NCBI GenBank assembly: GCA_963835575.1
Contig: CAWIGG010000002.1
Coordinates: 640,001 to 704,000, forward strand
Direction: 5' to 3'
Source: an uncultured Spirochaetota bacterium
GTDB lineage: Bacteria > Spirochaetota > Brevinematia > Brevinematales > JAOACQ01
Length of the DNA stretch: 64,000 nucleotides
A program made the position numbers and the translations under genes. A model generated the notes under the pieces. It saw nothing but the letters and a program-made list of their open reading frames with translations. It ran no database searches and was not told where the DNA came from. Below are positions 29,104 through 38,550 of the stretch, one piece after another (the stretch's first letter is position 1; every line of letters starts with the position of its first letter).

Positions 29104-30378
29104 ATGCTAATCCGGGATGCTATCGGGATTGATCCCGATTCACAACAGTATGTGTGTATGTATGTCAAAGCGGAAGACTGGAAAACGGAACGGAAAGCCT
29201 TTCCGGTTACCACAAGCGGCCTTGATAATCTGATCGAATGGACTCGGTCGAAAAATGACCCGATTATCGCCATCGAGGGAAGCAACGGGCAGAGTAAGCC
29301 CTTAGAGAAAGTGCTTCGTAAGGAATCGATGACCTATTACTCGTTTAAAGCAAGGGATGTTGAACAAAAGAGGAAAAGCCAGCTCCCGGCGGGAAAGAAC
29401 AACGAAAAGGATGCTCATGCCGCCGCTCTTTTGGCTTTAGAGCGTGAAATGAACGGTTCTCTGGAAAAATGGAGAAGGGTCTATCCTGTTGACAGCGAAT
29501 TACAGACGATAACCCGGAAATATGAAAGTGTAAGCGGCAGGATCACAGAGGAAATATCCGGGCTGTGGAAGCTTTTATGCGAGGCTTCCCCGGATGTTTA
29601 CCTGTTCTTAAGCGGCAAGAATATGGAGACGGATAACAGACGTAATGTTTTGAATAGCGCAGGAGTACTGAATTTGCTGTGTAATTGTCCCGATTTAAGC
29701 CAATGGAGGAGATTAAGCGCGGAGAAAATGAAAGAGCTGATGGGTGGAGGCTCTTATAGAGGCCGGGATAAGACCATCGCCGGCTTACAGGTAATAGCCC
29801 AAAGAATCTTGGGTGTAGCGGGCCCCATTTCCATGATGATCCGGCAATCTGCTGAAAATATTATTCTTTTGAAAGGCCATAAGGAAGAAATGAAGAAGAT
29901 TTTGGATAATCTGGCTGAATCCAGGGAAGCTGTCCGGGTTTTAGCCTATGACGAATCCAATGGCAATGGGTTGAAAGGAATCGGCGTGATCACTGCCTCT
30001 ACGATGATAGCCGAGATTATTCATATCAATCGTTTTGTTAAAGAGGACAGCCTGGCGTTATATGCGGGATTCGGTATGGTGGAAGATGAAACCGGAAAGA
30101 AAAATAGGGGTGAAAGAAAGAAGATGAAACATACTCACGATTATAACCGCCGTTTGAAAAACGCCTTTATGAACGCGGCCAAGAACTTTGTTCACTGGAA
30201 TCCGGACCACCATATTTCCGGCATGCACAGGAATTTGATAAAAAATGGAATGAGCAGGCTCGAAGCGAATAAAAGGGTTGCCAGAGCATTAGTCCGTAAG
30301 ATATTTCGGATATTAAAGGACTATGAGTCTGAAAATATAAGGAAAATGGAAGAAAACGGGGTGGCAAAAGTGGGTTAG
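29104..30378 (+). CDS. IS110-family recombinase/transposase
   Basis: IGID, AIEG, KNNEKDA (RuvC DEDD domain); KGIGVITASTMIAEI..RF..LALYAGF..ETG (Tnp20 domain). Confidence 0.92.
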   Translation: MLIRDAIGIDPDSQQYVCMYVKAEDWKTERKAFPVTTSGLDNLIEWTRSKNDPIIAIEGSNGQSKPLEKVLRKESMTYYSFKARDVEQKRKSQLPAGKNNEKDAHAAALLALEREMNGSLEKWRRVYPVDSELQTITRKYESVSGRITEEISGLWKLLCEASPDVYLFLSGKNMETDNRRNVLNSAGVLNLLCNCPDLSQWRRLSAEKMKELMGGGSYRGRDKTIAGLQVIAQRILGVAGPISMMIRQSAENIILLKGHKEEMKKILDNLAESREAVRVLAYDESNGNGLKGIGVITASTMIAEIIHINRFVKEDSLALYAGFGMVEDETGKKNRGERKKMKHTHDYNRRLKNAFMNAAKNFVHWNPDHHISGMHRNLIKNGMSRLEANKRVARALVRKIFRILKDYESENIRKMEENGVAKVG

Positions 30379-30498
30379 AAACCCTGCGGAAATATTCCGC
30401 GAGCAACACCTCCATTTTCTTCCGCCTTTATTATATCGAACTACTGAGGTTTTTTAAATATTTTGATTGTTTTTTTCTTGACTTAACTAAAACAATCT

Positions 30499-30591
30499 TC
30501 CTGTTGAACTAAACCCCGTTTCTCTATTCGCGTCCATTCGCGGGTAACCTCGTTTGCGCCCCTTGGTGCTCTTAGTGTTTTTGTGGTTAAA
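30499..30591. repeat. Periodic repeat right arms flanking the IS110 element
   Basis: ATTCGCGTCCATTCGCGGGTAACC; CCTTGGTGCTCTTAGTGTTTTTGTGGTTAAA. Confidence 0.7.
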
Positions 30592-30601
30592 TTAAAGTAC
30601 C

Positions 30602-32473
30602 TCAATCTTTATTCATTTCATAGATCTCATTAAAAAGGTAGGAATTGGCGAGGAAGATTTTCAAAAGCTCCGGGTCAAAATGGGCGGGATTGACCCTGTC
30701 ATCGCCATGGGAGATGATATCGACGGCTTTTTCATGAGAGAGCTCGTATTTGTAAGGTCTGGCGCTGCGGAGCGCGTCATAGATATCGGCGAAAGCCATG
30801 ATCCGCCCGGGGAGCGGTATAAGCTTGCCCTTCAGGCGCTCCGGGTAGCCGCTTCCGTCCCATTTTTCATGGTGATAAAGCGCGATCTGCCGGGCCGTCA
30901 TCAGCACGAGCGAACCGGCGCCGTCAAATATTTTTCCGCCGATAACAGTGTGTTTTTCCATGATTTTCCATTCTTTTTGAGAAAGCCGCCCTTTTTTAAA
31001 GAGGATCCTGTCGGGAATTCCGACCTTGCCGACGTCATGCATGGGGGCCGCGAAATAGAGGTTTTCAACTTCTTCACCTGAAAGTCCCATTTTTTCGGCT
31101 AAAAGCTTGACGTAAAGGCTCACTCTCTTGATATGGGCTCCAGTTTCCGGGTCCCTCAGCTCGGCGATAATGGCCATACGGTTGATCGCTTCGAGATAGG
31201 CGAAATCGACCTTACGGAAGGCATTGTCTCTTTCCCACAAAGTCTTTTCCAGATCTGCTTTTTTTATTTCTATTTCCCTGTAAAGGCGGGTGAATTTATT
31301 TGACAGAACAAAAGAAGTGCTCAATATGAAGATCAGAAAGCCGTATGGGGAAAACGGCGCCAGCGCGTTCAGCAGCGGGGATGTGATGACATTCTTTGAA
31401 ATAATAATGTCCATGATAACAGTCAGGATCATGAAAATCATGGGATAGAGCATGACCAGAGCGTCTTTATTTTTTCTGCGTTCTCTAAGCAGAATGATAA
31501 ATATTGAAATAATAGGAATAGTCCAGCTGTATTGGTAAATATTGATATTCAGGAAATCCCATAAAGCCGGTTCGCTACTGATCAGCGCCGTAATAATACA
31601 GCCCGCCGAAACGGCGTAAAAAATGTAATGAAGAATGTTCCTTTTTTGATTAAAATGCCGCAGGATGAACTCGAAAAATAAAGGGACAACGGTAAATAAA
31701 CAGATGTATTCAATTCTTTTCAGGAGCATAAAATCCTGTATTATGAAATACTTCACTTCCGAATGCATGAAAAAATAGATTGAGAAGAACAGGCAGAAGA
31801 GGCCGAAAAATAAATTATCGGAGCCTTTTTCAATCCTGACATAGAACAGTAAAAAATAAAGGCCGAAAACTATGATGACAATAGTGAGAAAAGTTTTAAT
31901 ATATTCGGTTAAAAAATAATGATGCGTAATTTTTTGATATGGGGCGATCATGATAAGCCCGTTTATCAATCCGGCTTCATAGGAAAAATATCCTTTCACC
32001 CGTATTGAAAAAACATTGTCCTTTCCGGGCTTGATTAATTGTGAGGGGATTTCGTAGATACGGATTTTGTCATAGGCATGGCTTTTATTGTTCTCAAATG
32101 ATCCTTCTTTGCCGATAAGGATGCCGTTGAAGTAGGTTTCATCAATATCAGAGATCATGCCCAGGTTTATTCCCAAAGATCTTTCCGGAATCTCATTCGG
32201 GAACTGAACATGAATTCTGTACCAGCAGGTCCCGTTCCAGCCTGGAAAAGCCGTCTCCTGCCATTTAGACGGCACATACACTCTTTTCCACAGACTGTCG
32301 TTATAAGCGGGTTTTTTGTATTCGGGAGAATCCCCTTTCTCTATCAAAACTATATTGCTGTTATTCATTATTACCGTATTCTGGTAGTTAGAGAGGACAA
32401 AATAAGACGTATTTCCAGACAGAAAAGTCCTGCAAAAAAATAAAAAAAGAAATAAAGATATAAAACGCTTCAA
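30602..32473 (-). CDS. HD-GYP cyclic-dinucleotide phosphodiesterase with sugar-binding extracellular domain and 7TM region
   Basis: GH2-N-like WKRVYVPSKW..GTCWYR..DETYFNG; about 7 TM; ETGAHIKRV, MHDVGK, HHEKWDGSGYP, DIYDALRSARPYK. Confidence 0.92.
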   Translation of the reverse strand: MKRFISLFLFLFFCRTFLSGNTSYFVLSNYQNTVIMNNSNIVLIEKGDSPEYKKPAYNDSLWKRVYVPSKWQETAFPGWNGTCWYRIHVQFPNEIPERSLGINLGMISDIDETYFNGILIGKEGSFENNKSHAYDKIRIYEIPSQLIKPGKDNVFSIRVKGYFSYEAGLINGLIMIAPYQKITHHYFLTEYIKTFLTIVIIVFGLYFLLFYVRIEKGSDNLFFGLFCLFFSIYFFMHSEVKYFIIQDFMLLKRIEYICLFTVVPLFFEFILRHFNQKRNILHYIFYAVSAGCIITALISSEPALWDFLNINIYQYSWTIPIISIFIILLRERRKNKDALVMLYPMIFMILTVIMDIIISKNVITSPLLNALAPFSPYGFLIFILSTSFVLSNKFTRLYREIEIKKADLEKTLWERDNAFRKVDFAYLEAINRMAIIAELRDPETGAHIKRVSLYVKLLAEKMGLSGEEVENLYFAAPMHDVGKVGIPDRILFKKGRLSQKEWKIMEKHTVIGGKIFDGAGSLVLMTARQIALYHHEKWDGSGYPERLKGKLIPLPGRIMAFADIYDALRSARPYKYELSHEKAVDIISHGDDRVNPAHFDPELLKIFLANSYLFNEIYEMNKD

Positions 32474-32690
32474 AAGGCCCCCTTAAAAGAAATAGTTTTA
32501 TATTGTAAAATCACATTGCCGAAATGACAATAAATATTCTTTAGTATATAATATGAGATAATTGTTTTACTTTAAGAGCTTAATTTACAGCCGGATTGAA
32601 AAATTATATTGGACAGAATGAAAAACGGCCTTAGAGCGAATTAATTATATCACTTAATTATGAATTTTCAAAATATGTAAAGGCTTGATT

Positions 32691-33659
32691 ATGATTAAAA
32701 TTATATTGATGACTTTACTTTTCTGCTTATCATCTTTTACAATGGGCATTGCTGAAATCCAGTATTATCTCTATCCGTTGAAGATAAGCGATATCGACGA
32801 GGATTCCGAAACAATAAAATATATAACTAATTTTCATGCCTGGTTTTCTTCGGAATTGTCCAATTATTCTTTTACGCCTGCCGGCACAACGAATGATGCC
32901 CGGGTTATTATTAAGGGATTTTCTTTTTATTTTGAAGAGCGGGTCATATTTCATATCAATGTATATGACCGTATTTCCAACAGGATGTTATTCGAGGATG
33001 AAACATACACTTCGCAATATGACAGCGAGTCCGGGATAAAAAAAGCGGTCAGCGGCCTGGCGGAACGGTTCCCCAAAAAGTGGAATGGAGAGAAACTGGA
33101 TGTCTATTCGGAGTACGTTTTTACGGAAAGTCAGGATTCAAACACAGTTCAGACAAACGAAGCCCTGCCCGGCCTGCAGAGCATACAATTTGTATCCCTG
33201 GCCGATTTGAACTATTTCTATCCTCAAGGGCTGGAAATCGGGGTCCTGGATGTTTTTATGGTATGGCTGAGGCAGGATAATAAATTCGGCATCGGATTGG
33301 GCAGCAAGCTGATTGATCTTTATGTCAATATGCCTGGCTATACAAACAATGCGGGCACTTTTTTACCGCTCATGATCATAGTTCCTCTATATTATGAAAA
33401 TGAGGCGGATAAAATAAATGATTTTTATGCTGTTTTCCAGTGGGCATGGTATAAACCGCTTCAGATCTCAGATAGCGCGACCAATACCAATATGAACAAT
33501 TTTGTCCAGAATCCTTTGAATTATATTGATTTAAGGTTGACCTATTATTTTCTCTCATTCGCCTCCGTTTCCTGCGGCGCGTCTTATTTCTATGACACGG
33601 GAAAGTATTATTTTTATATCGGGGCTTCAATTTATCTGGGCTATTACAAGAAAGAATAA
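32691..33659 (+). CDS. Exported hypothetical protein, possible C-terminal outer-membrane beta-barrel
   Basis: Signal peptide; alternating aromatic strands at C-terminus (YFYIGASIYLGY). Confidence 0.65.
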   Translation: MIKIILMTLLFCLSSFTMGIAEIQYYLYPLKISDIDEDSETIKYITNFHAWFSSELSNYSFTPAGTTNDARVIIKGFSFYFEERVIFHINVYDRISNRMLFEDETYTSQYDSESGIKKAVSGLAERFPKKWNGEKLDVYSEYVFTESQDSNTVQTNEALPGLQSIQFVSLADLNYFYPQGLEIGVLDVFMVWLRQDNKFGIGLGSKLIDLYVNMPGYTNNAGTFLPLMIIVPLYYENEADKINDFYAVFQWAWYKPLQISDSATNTNMNNFVQNPLNYIDLRLTYYFLSFASVSCGASYFYDTGKYYFYIGASIYLGYYKKE

Positions 33660-33677
33660 AGAATCGGGAGATTTGTA

Positions 33678-35846
33678 ATGAATATATATTCCCTGCTTTC
33701 ATTTCTGGCCTTTATTATAAATATTCAAATGGCATATTATGTTTATAAGCTGAATCCCAGATCAAAATTAAACACTTCTTTTTTATTTTCTTCTTTTACC
33801 AACGCGCTGATTGATCTGGCCTTTGTTTTTTACTATTCGGCGGAAAGTAAAGAATTGGCCCGGTTATGGTATTTGATCTCTTCCGTCTGCTGGTTCCCTC
33901 TTTCTTCCATAGCGCTCCATTTTATAATCAGATTGACCCTGCGTCAGAAAAATATTTCACGCTGGCTGTTTGCCCTTATATACCTGCCTGGAGTCGTATT
34001 TGTTATCAAAGCTTTATTCAAGATGTTTTTTGCAGAGGATTTTATTTTTAATTACGGGTCATGGCATACGGTCCTTTATACAAGTTCGCCATGGTTCTGG
34101 ATCTATATCATTTATATTACTGTGGTTATTACAACAGGCCTGATTTTATTGATATACTGGAAAAACACGACAGGAGTGGAGCTTGAAAAAAAACAGGCGG
34201 ACACTATTATTAAAACCTCAAGTGTTGTTTTCCCGGCGATACTATTGACAAATGTGATACTCCCTTATTTGAAAATTTATATCATACCTGAAACAGGGCA
34301 TATTTTATACCTGTTTTTTCTTATAGGGATAGTATATGCTATTGTACATTACAAGTTTATGGTGCCGTCTTTTGCGGAGGAAAATGTACTTGATATGCTG
34401 AGCGATTTGCTGATCATGGTGGACTTTAACGCGAAAATATTAAAAATAAATCAGGCCGTGGAAAGATTGCTGGAATATAAGGAAAGTGAAATAATAGGGA
34501 AACCGATAGAAACAGTTATTGTTGAGTCGGATAAGATACATGAGGATATTAATAAAATAAAAGATGAAGTTCATTTTTCAAAACCTTATGAGCTTAATTA
34601 CCGCTCAAAAAAAGGCAGTATTATTCCGGTGACAATCTCCGGGTCTTTAATCAAGGATACGGAAGGGCACAACTTCGGCTGTGTTTTCATCGGGCATGAT
34701 TTAAGGCAGAATAAAGAGCTTCATCTGGAAACAGCCCGCCGTCTGCAGGCGGAAGAAAACGAAAAACGCTATACTCAGAAGATATTATTTTTATCAAAAG
34801 CGGCCTTTTCAATGATTGAGTTATCGCCGGAGGAAGATCTGTACAATTATATCGCCCAGAAGATTTATGAACTGGCGGGCGATTGTTTTGTTTTTGTCAG
34901 CAAGTTTCATCATGTTTACCAGGGCGCTCAGATAAGGGCTTTTACGGGAAGCCCTGAAAACATCTTAAAATTCAATAAAATTCTGGGAAGCACCCCCATA
35001 GGTCTTTTTTTTAAGCTTGATCAGGATCAAAAATCGCTTCTGGACAGCGGCAGGATCATCGAAATGCCGGCAGGCCTCTATAACATGTCGTCAGGAATGA
35101 TCCCCATAGATCTCTGTGAACAGCTGGAACACACTTTTCAATTAGGGAACAGGTACAGCATAGGTTTTGTAAAAAAAGGGGATTTTTTTGGGACCGCGGA
35201 AATCCTCATGTGCCAGAAATCGGCGCTGGAAAACCAGCTGGTAATTGAGACGTTTGTCCGTCAGGGAATTTTGGCCATTGCCAATAAAGAATCTGAAAGA
35301 AAAGAAATTCTTTCTTCAAAAAGTTTCCAATTTCTTCTGAATAGTTTGAAAGAATTGACTGAATCAGTAAAAATAGAAGAACTTTATGGAATTATTTCAG
35401 ACAGATTGCTTAATTTTGTTTTTGATTCTATGATATTAATTATACTTTATGATAAGAAAAAAGAAGTTATGCGGATTGATTCTATTAATGGAAATGAAAA
35501 ATACATACAGGCTTTGCATAAAATCCTAAAAAAAGATATTAACGGCTTAAAGATTAAAATGGATCAAAACAGCGTCCGGGAAATAATGGATGATGGTCTT
35601 GTCCATTTAAAGGGCGGGTTATTCGAACTGACAAATGCTATGATAACCCAGCATGAATCGGGTTTGGTGGAAAAAATGCTGGACCTCAGGAATGTTTATA
35701 GGATGGCTTTAAAAAAAAGCGGAAATTTAATCGGGCTGGTGGCGATTATGACAAGGAATTCCATCAATATCAATACCCGCCATGTGGTTGAGATATTTAT
35801 TCATCAGGCTTCTCTGTCTTTTTGTCTGCCAAAGAAAAAGCTGTAA
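33678..35846 (+). CDS. HisKA_7TM-type membrane sensor with PAS and two GAF-like domains, no output domain
   Basis: Seven TM helices; PAS (DLLIMVD..INQAVERLLEYKESEIIGKP..HDL); internal duplication. Confidence 0.75.
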   Translation: MNIYSLLSFLAFIINIQMAYYVYKLNPRSKLNTSFLFSSFTNALIDLAFVFYYSAESKELARLWYLISSVCWFPLSSIALHFIIRLTLRQKNISRWLFALIYLPGVVFVIKALFKMFFAEDFIFNYGSWHTVLYTSSPWFWIYIIYITVVITTGLILLIYWKNTTGVELEKKQADTIIKTSSVVFPAILLTNVILPYLKIYIIPETGHILYLFFLIGIVYAIVHYKFMVPSFAEENVLDMLSDLLIMVDFNAKILKINQAVERLLEYKESEIIGKPIETVIVESDKIHEDINKIKDEVHFSKPYELNYRSKKGSIIPVTISGSLIKDTEGHNFGCVFIGHDLRQNKELHLETARRLQAEENEKRYTQKILFLSKAAFSMIELSPEEDLYNYIAQKIYELAGDCFVFVSKFHHVYQGAQIRAFTGSPENILKFNKILGSTPIGLFFKLDQDQKSLLDSGRIIEMPAGLYNMSSGMIPIDLCEQLEHTFQLGNRYSIGFVKKGDFFGTAEILMCQKSALENQLVIETFVRQGILAIANKESERKEILSSKSFQFLLNSLKELTESVKIEELYGIISDRLLNFVFDSMILIILYDKKKEVMRIDSINGNEKYIQALHKILKKDINGLKIKMDQNSVREIMDDGLVHLKGGLFELTNAMITQHESGLVEKMLDLRNVYRMALKKSGNLIGLVAIMTRNSININTRHVVEIFIHQASLSFCLPKKKL

Positions 35847-35872
35847 GAAAGATTTATTAATTTGGAGGGTTT

Positions 35873-36415
35873 ATGAAAAAGATCCGGCTGTATTTGTTAA
35901 TACTTTTATTGGCGTCGGTAACAGCAACATGCTTTAGTGCGCAGAAAAATAAAATGAATGCTTCAAAAGAAATTAAGTACACCAGTTCCTTAACTGCCGG
36001 GGATATGTCGATTTCCTGGTCGGTAAAAGGGAAAAATCTTTTTGTTCAATTAACAGCCCCGACAACGGGCTGGGTTTCCGTCGGTTTTGATCCGGAGAAA
36101 ATAATGAAGGGGGCCAATTTTATTATTGGCTATGTATCTAATAATACTGCGGTTATTGAAGACCAATACGGTGTTGATTTATTTATACACAAAAAAGATA
36201 CAGAGTTAGGCGGAAAAGATAATGTGGAAAATAAAAAAGGTAAAGTTGAAAACGGCAGGACAGAAATCAGCTTTTCCATTCCGCTTGACTCAAAAGATCC
36301 TTATGACAAAAAACTTGAGAAAGGAAAGGAATATAAGGTTATTCTGGCTTACGGACCTGATTATGATATGACCAAACATCATGTGAAAAGATATACTGTA
36401 AAAATAAAAATATAA
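35873..36415 (+). CDS. Exported DOMON-domain protein
   Basis: APTTGWVSVGF..MKGANFIIGY, ISFSIPLDSKD, C-terminal HH. Confidence 0.85.
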   Translation: MKKIRLYLLILLLASVTATCFSAQKNKMNASKEIKYTSSLTAGDMSISWSVKGKNLFVQLTAPTTGWVSVGFDPEKIMKGANFIIGYVSNNTAVIEDQYGVDLFIHKKDTELGGKDNVENKKGKVENGRTEISFSIPLDSKDPYDKKLEKGKEYKVILAYGPDYDMTKHHVKRYTVKIKI

Positions 36416-36490
36416 ATGGAAGAGCCGGGCAGATGACAGTCAACAGTTATACATGCCCGATTTATCTGTTGACTTTATGAGAGCGCGCTG

Positions 36491-38188
36491 ATGATTGAAA
36501 AGGAATTTAAATGGAACCTGGATAAGCTTTTTGATATTAATTTTTTGATAAATAACCTCTCTGACAGGCTTAATAACAAAATAGAATTTAATGAGGCTGC
36601 AGAAAAAGAATATCAAGACCGGTATTATGACACAAAACAGCTTGTGCTATATCTTTCCGGCTTCAGCTGCCGCGTCAGAACAACAGATAAGATATGTCTT
36701 GAAATAAAATTTCAGCCGAAAAAAACAAAAAATTCATTCTGGCAGAGGAATGAATGGTTAATTGATAAGAAGGCTATAAAAGAAAAATTTGTATACCGGT
36801 TTGAAGAAAAAAAGGTCAGGGATTTCTTTTTAGAAGAGTTTAATTATCTTATTCCCGGGAAACTGGCTCCGGTTTTAATCATAAAAAGCGATAGAAAAAA
36901 ATATGAGATAAAATACAAAAGCATTCTTGCCGAACTGTCATTCGACAAGTCCGCGGCTTCTTTATTAATTCCTTTCAATTCTAGCAAAAAAAAAGGAAAT
37001 TATCATTTTAATGAACTGGAACTTGAACTTTTAAGAGGAAAAGATGCCTCGGATAAAGATTTTATCGAACTGGGAGAAATTATTTCTGAAATTACAGGAT
37101 TGGAAAACTCTTTAAAGAATAAACTGGAAAAAGCGCTGACATATTTTAATCTGAATTTAAAAAAATTTCCGCGGTTTGAATTAAATAATAATGAAATGAC
37201 CTCTCAAGCGGTAAAAAAAATCATTTCTTATTATTTAAAAACAGCGGAACAGAATAAATACGGCGTGGAAATAGGTCTGGACAGCGAGTATGTGCATGAT
37301 ATGCGCGTCGCTATACGGAAAATCAGGACAGCCCTCCCCATTTTCCGCTATACAATGACGCTGGATGGTTTTATGTATTTAAGGAACAATTTCAAGTGGA
37401 TCGCGGATTCCCTGGGCAAAGTCAGGGATATTGATGTGTTTTCCGACAAAATAATAGATATGATACCTTCCGTCATCCGTGAAAGAAACGCCGATTTGCT
37501 GGAAATTATTGAAAAGGAGATTTTAAAATTACATGAAGAGAACCATATAAAAATGCTGAATTGCCTTAATTCATACCGTTATAAGCATTTTATTTATAAA
37601 CTGAAAGATATGCTCGCTCATAACTTTCTGCGGTCCGATTTTCAAAGTATTGCCCGCCTTCCCATAAAAACCGTCATGAATGAAAATTTAATGAAATTCT
37701 ATAGAGATGTTTTTAAATACTCCAAACGTTTTTTTCAGAATTCCGGCAGTATGAAAGATACGGCGATTCATAAATTGCGGATCCGTTTTAAAAGATTGCG
37801 GTATTCATTGGAATTTTTTTCATCTTTATTAACTGATAAAACAAAAAAAATAGCGCAATTTCTTCCATTGATACAGGATGCGCTGGGAAATTATGTGGAT
37901 ACTTTTTTTATAGCTGAGCTGATAGCAGAGCTGGCGGACCGCATCGGAAAAATAGATCCGGCAAGAAACAGCCTGTTTATTCTCAATGGAATATCAGCAG
38001 CTATTACCGGCTTAAAAAATAATCTTAAACGGCAAATATTCAGTGAGCTGAAAAAGATAATGGAATCCCGGGAACTGATGGATTTTCAAGAAGAAATTAG
38101 TATTAATGTCAGTTCTAAAAATAAGGTATTTGGAACGGCCGATAAAAATCCTTTACCATATAATTTTGATATTGAAAAGAATAAATAA
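36491..38188 (+). CDS. CYTH + CHAD domain protein (triphosphate/polyphosphate metabolism)
   Basis: EKEFK, DRYYDT, ELELE (CYTH); VHDMRVAIRKIR, LGKVRDIDV, HKLRIRFKRLRY, QDALG (CHAD). Confidence 0.9.
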   Translation: MIEKEFKWNLDKLFDINFLINNLSDRLNNKIEFNEAAEKEYQDRYYDTKQLVLYLSGFSCRVRTTDKICLEIKFQPKKTKNSFWQRNEWLIDKKAIKEKFVYRFEEKKVRDFFLEEFNYLIPGKLAPVLIIKSDRKKYEIKYKSILAELSFDKSAASLLIPFNSSKKKGNYHFNELELELLRGKDASDKDFIELGEIISEITGLENSLKNKLEKALTYFNLNLKKFPRFELNNNEMTSQAVKKIISYYLKTAEQNKYGVEIGLDSEYVHDMRVAIRKIRTALPIFRYTMTLDGFMYLRNNFKWIADSLGKVRDIDVFSDKIIDMIPSVIRERNADLLEIIEKEILKLHEENHIKMLNCLNSYRYKHFIYKLKDMLAHNFLRSDFQSIARLPIKTVMNENLMKFYRDVFKYSKRFFQNSGSMKDTAIHKLRIRFKRLRYSLEFFSSLLTDKTKKIAQFLPLIQDALGNYVDTFFIAELIAELADRIGKIDPARNSLFILNGISAAITGLKNNLKRQIFSELKKIMESRELMDFQEEISINVSSKNKVFGTADKNPLPYNFDIEKNK

Positions 38189-38215
38189 GGGGCTTCATTT
38201 ACTGAAGCCCCCTTT
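38187..38215 (+). terminator. Rho-independent terminator
   Basis: GGGGCTTCA / TGAAGCCCC followed by CTTT. Confidence 0.7.
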
Positions 38216-38432
38216 GTATAAAAGAGATCTGGAGGAAACCAGATCCAACGGCTGTATTTATTTAAGCAATTAAAATGCCAGTTTAACATAAAAGATGTAA
38301 AATTCATTCATTTTAATGTATTTTACAGTATGGTTTGGAAATAGAAATATTGATGAGTGTAAAATAATAATCAGTTGTTTTAATAGAATTGATTATTAAT
38401 TCATCACTTGGAAAAAATTTGGTTATCAAATA

Positions 38433-38464
38433 GGCAGTTCTAAAAACTTGGTTTTTGAATTGGC
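38433..38464. repeat. Degenerate copy of the GGCAGTTCTAAAAA palindrome
   Basis: GGCAGTTCTAAAAACTTGGTTTTTGAATTGGC; first 14 nt identical to 8646-8659. Confidence 0.7.
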
Positions 38465-38550
38465 AGATAATATAAAATATAATGAATTTGCTGGCTTTAT
38501 TTTTAGTTTTATTTATAATTATAGAGAAAGTTTATTAATAAGGAACCAGA

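Larger units (their letters stand above)
28850..30498 (+). mobile_element. Complete IS110-family element with CT core at both ends
   Basis: CT at 28850-51 and 30497-98; both ends matched by internal guide segments; joining ends forms TTGACT-N17-TAAGCT; empty site homologous to 25600-25628. Confidence 0.88.

Noticed and set aside
28624..29285. Short ORFs 28624-28824, 28751-29008 and 28878-29285
   Set aside because: Translations of repeat arms and bridge RNA; no RBS or family motifs.
36438..36474. AGTCAACAG/CTGTTGACT inverted repeat between DOMON and CYTH genes
   Set aside because: Single 9-bp IR without T-tract or clear second copy.
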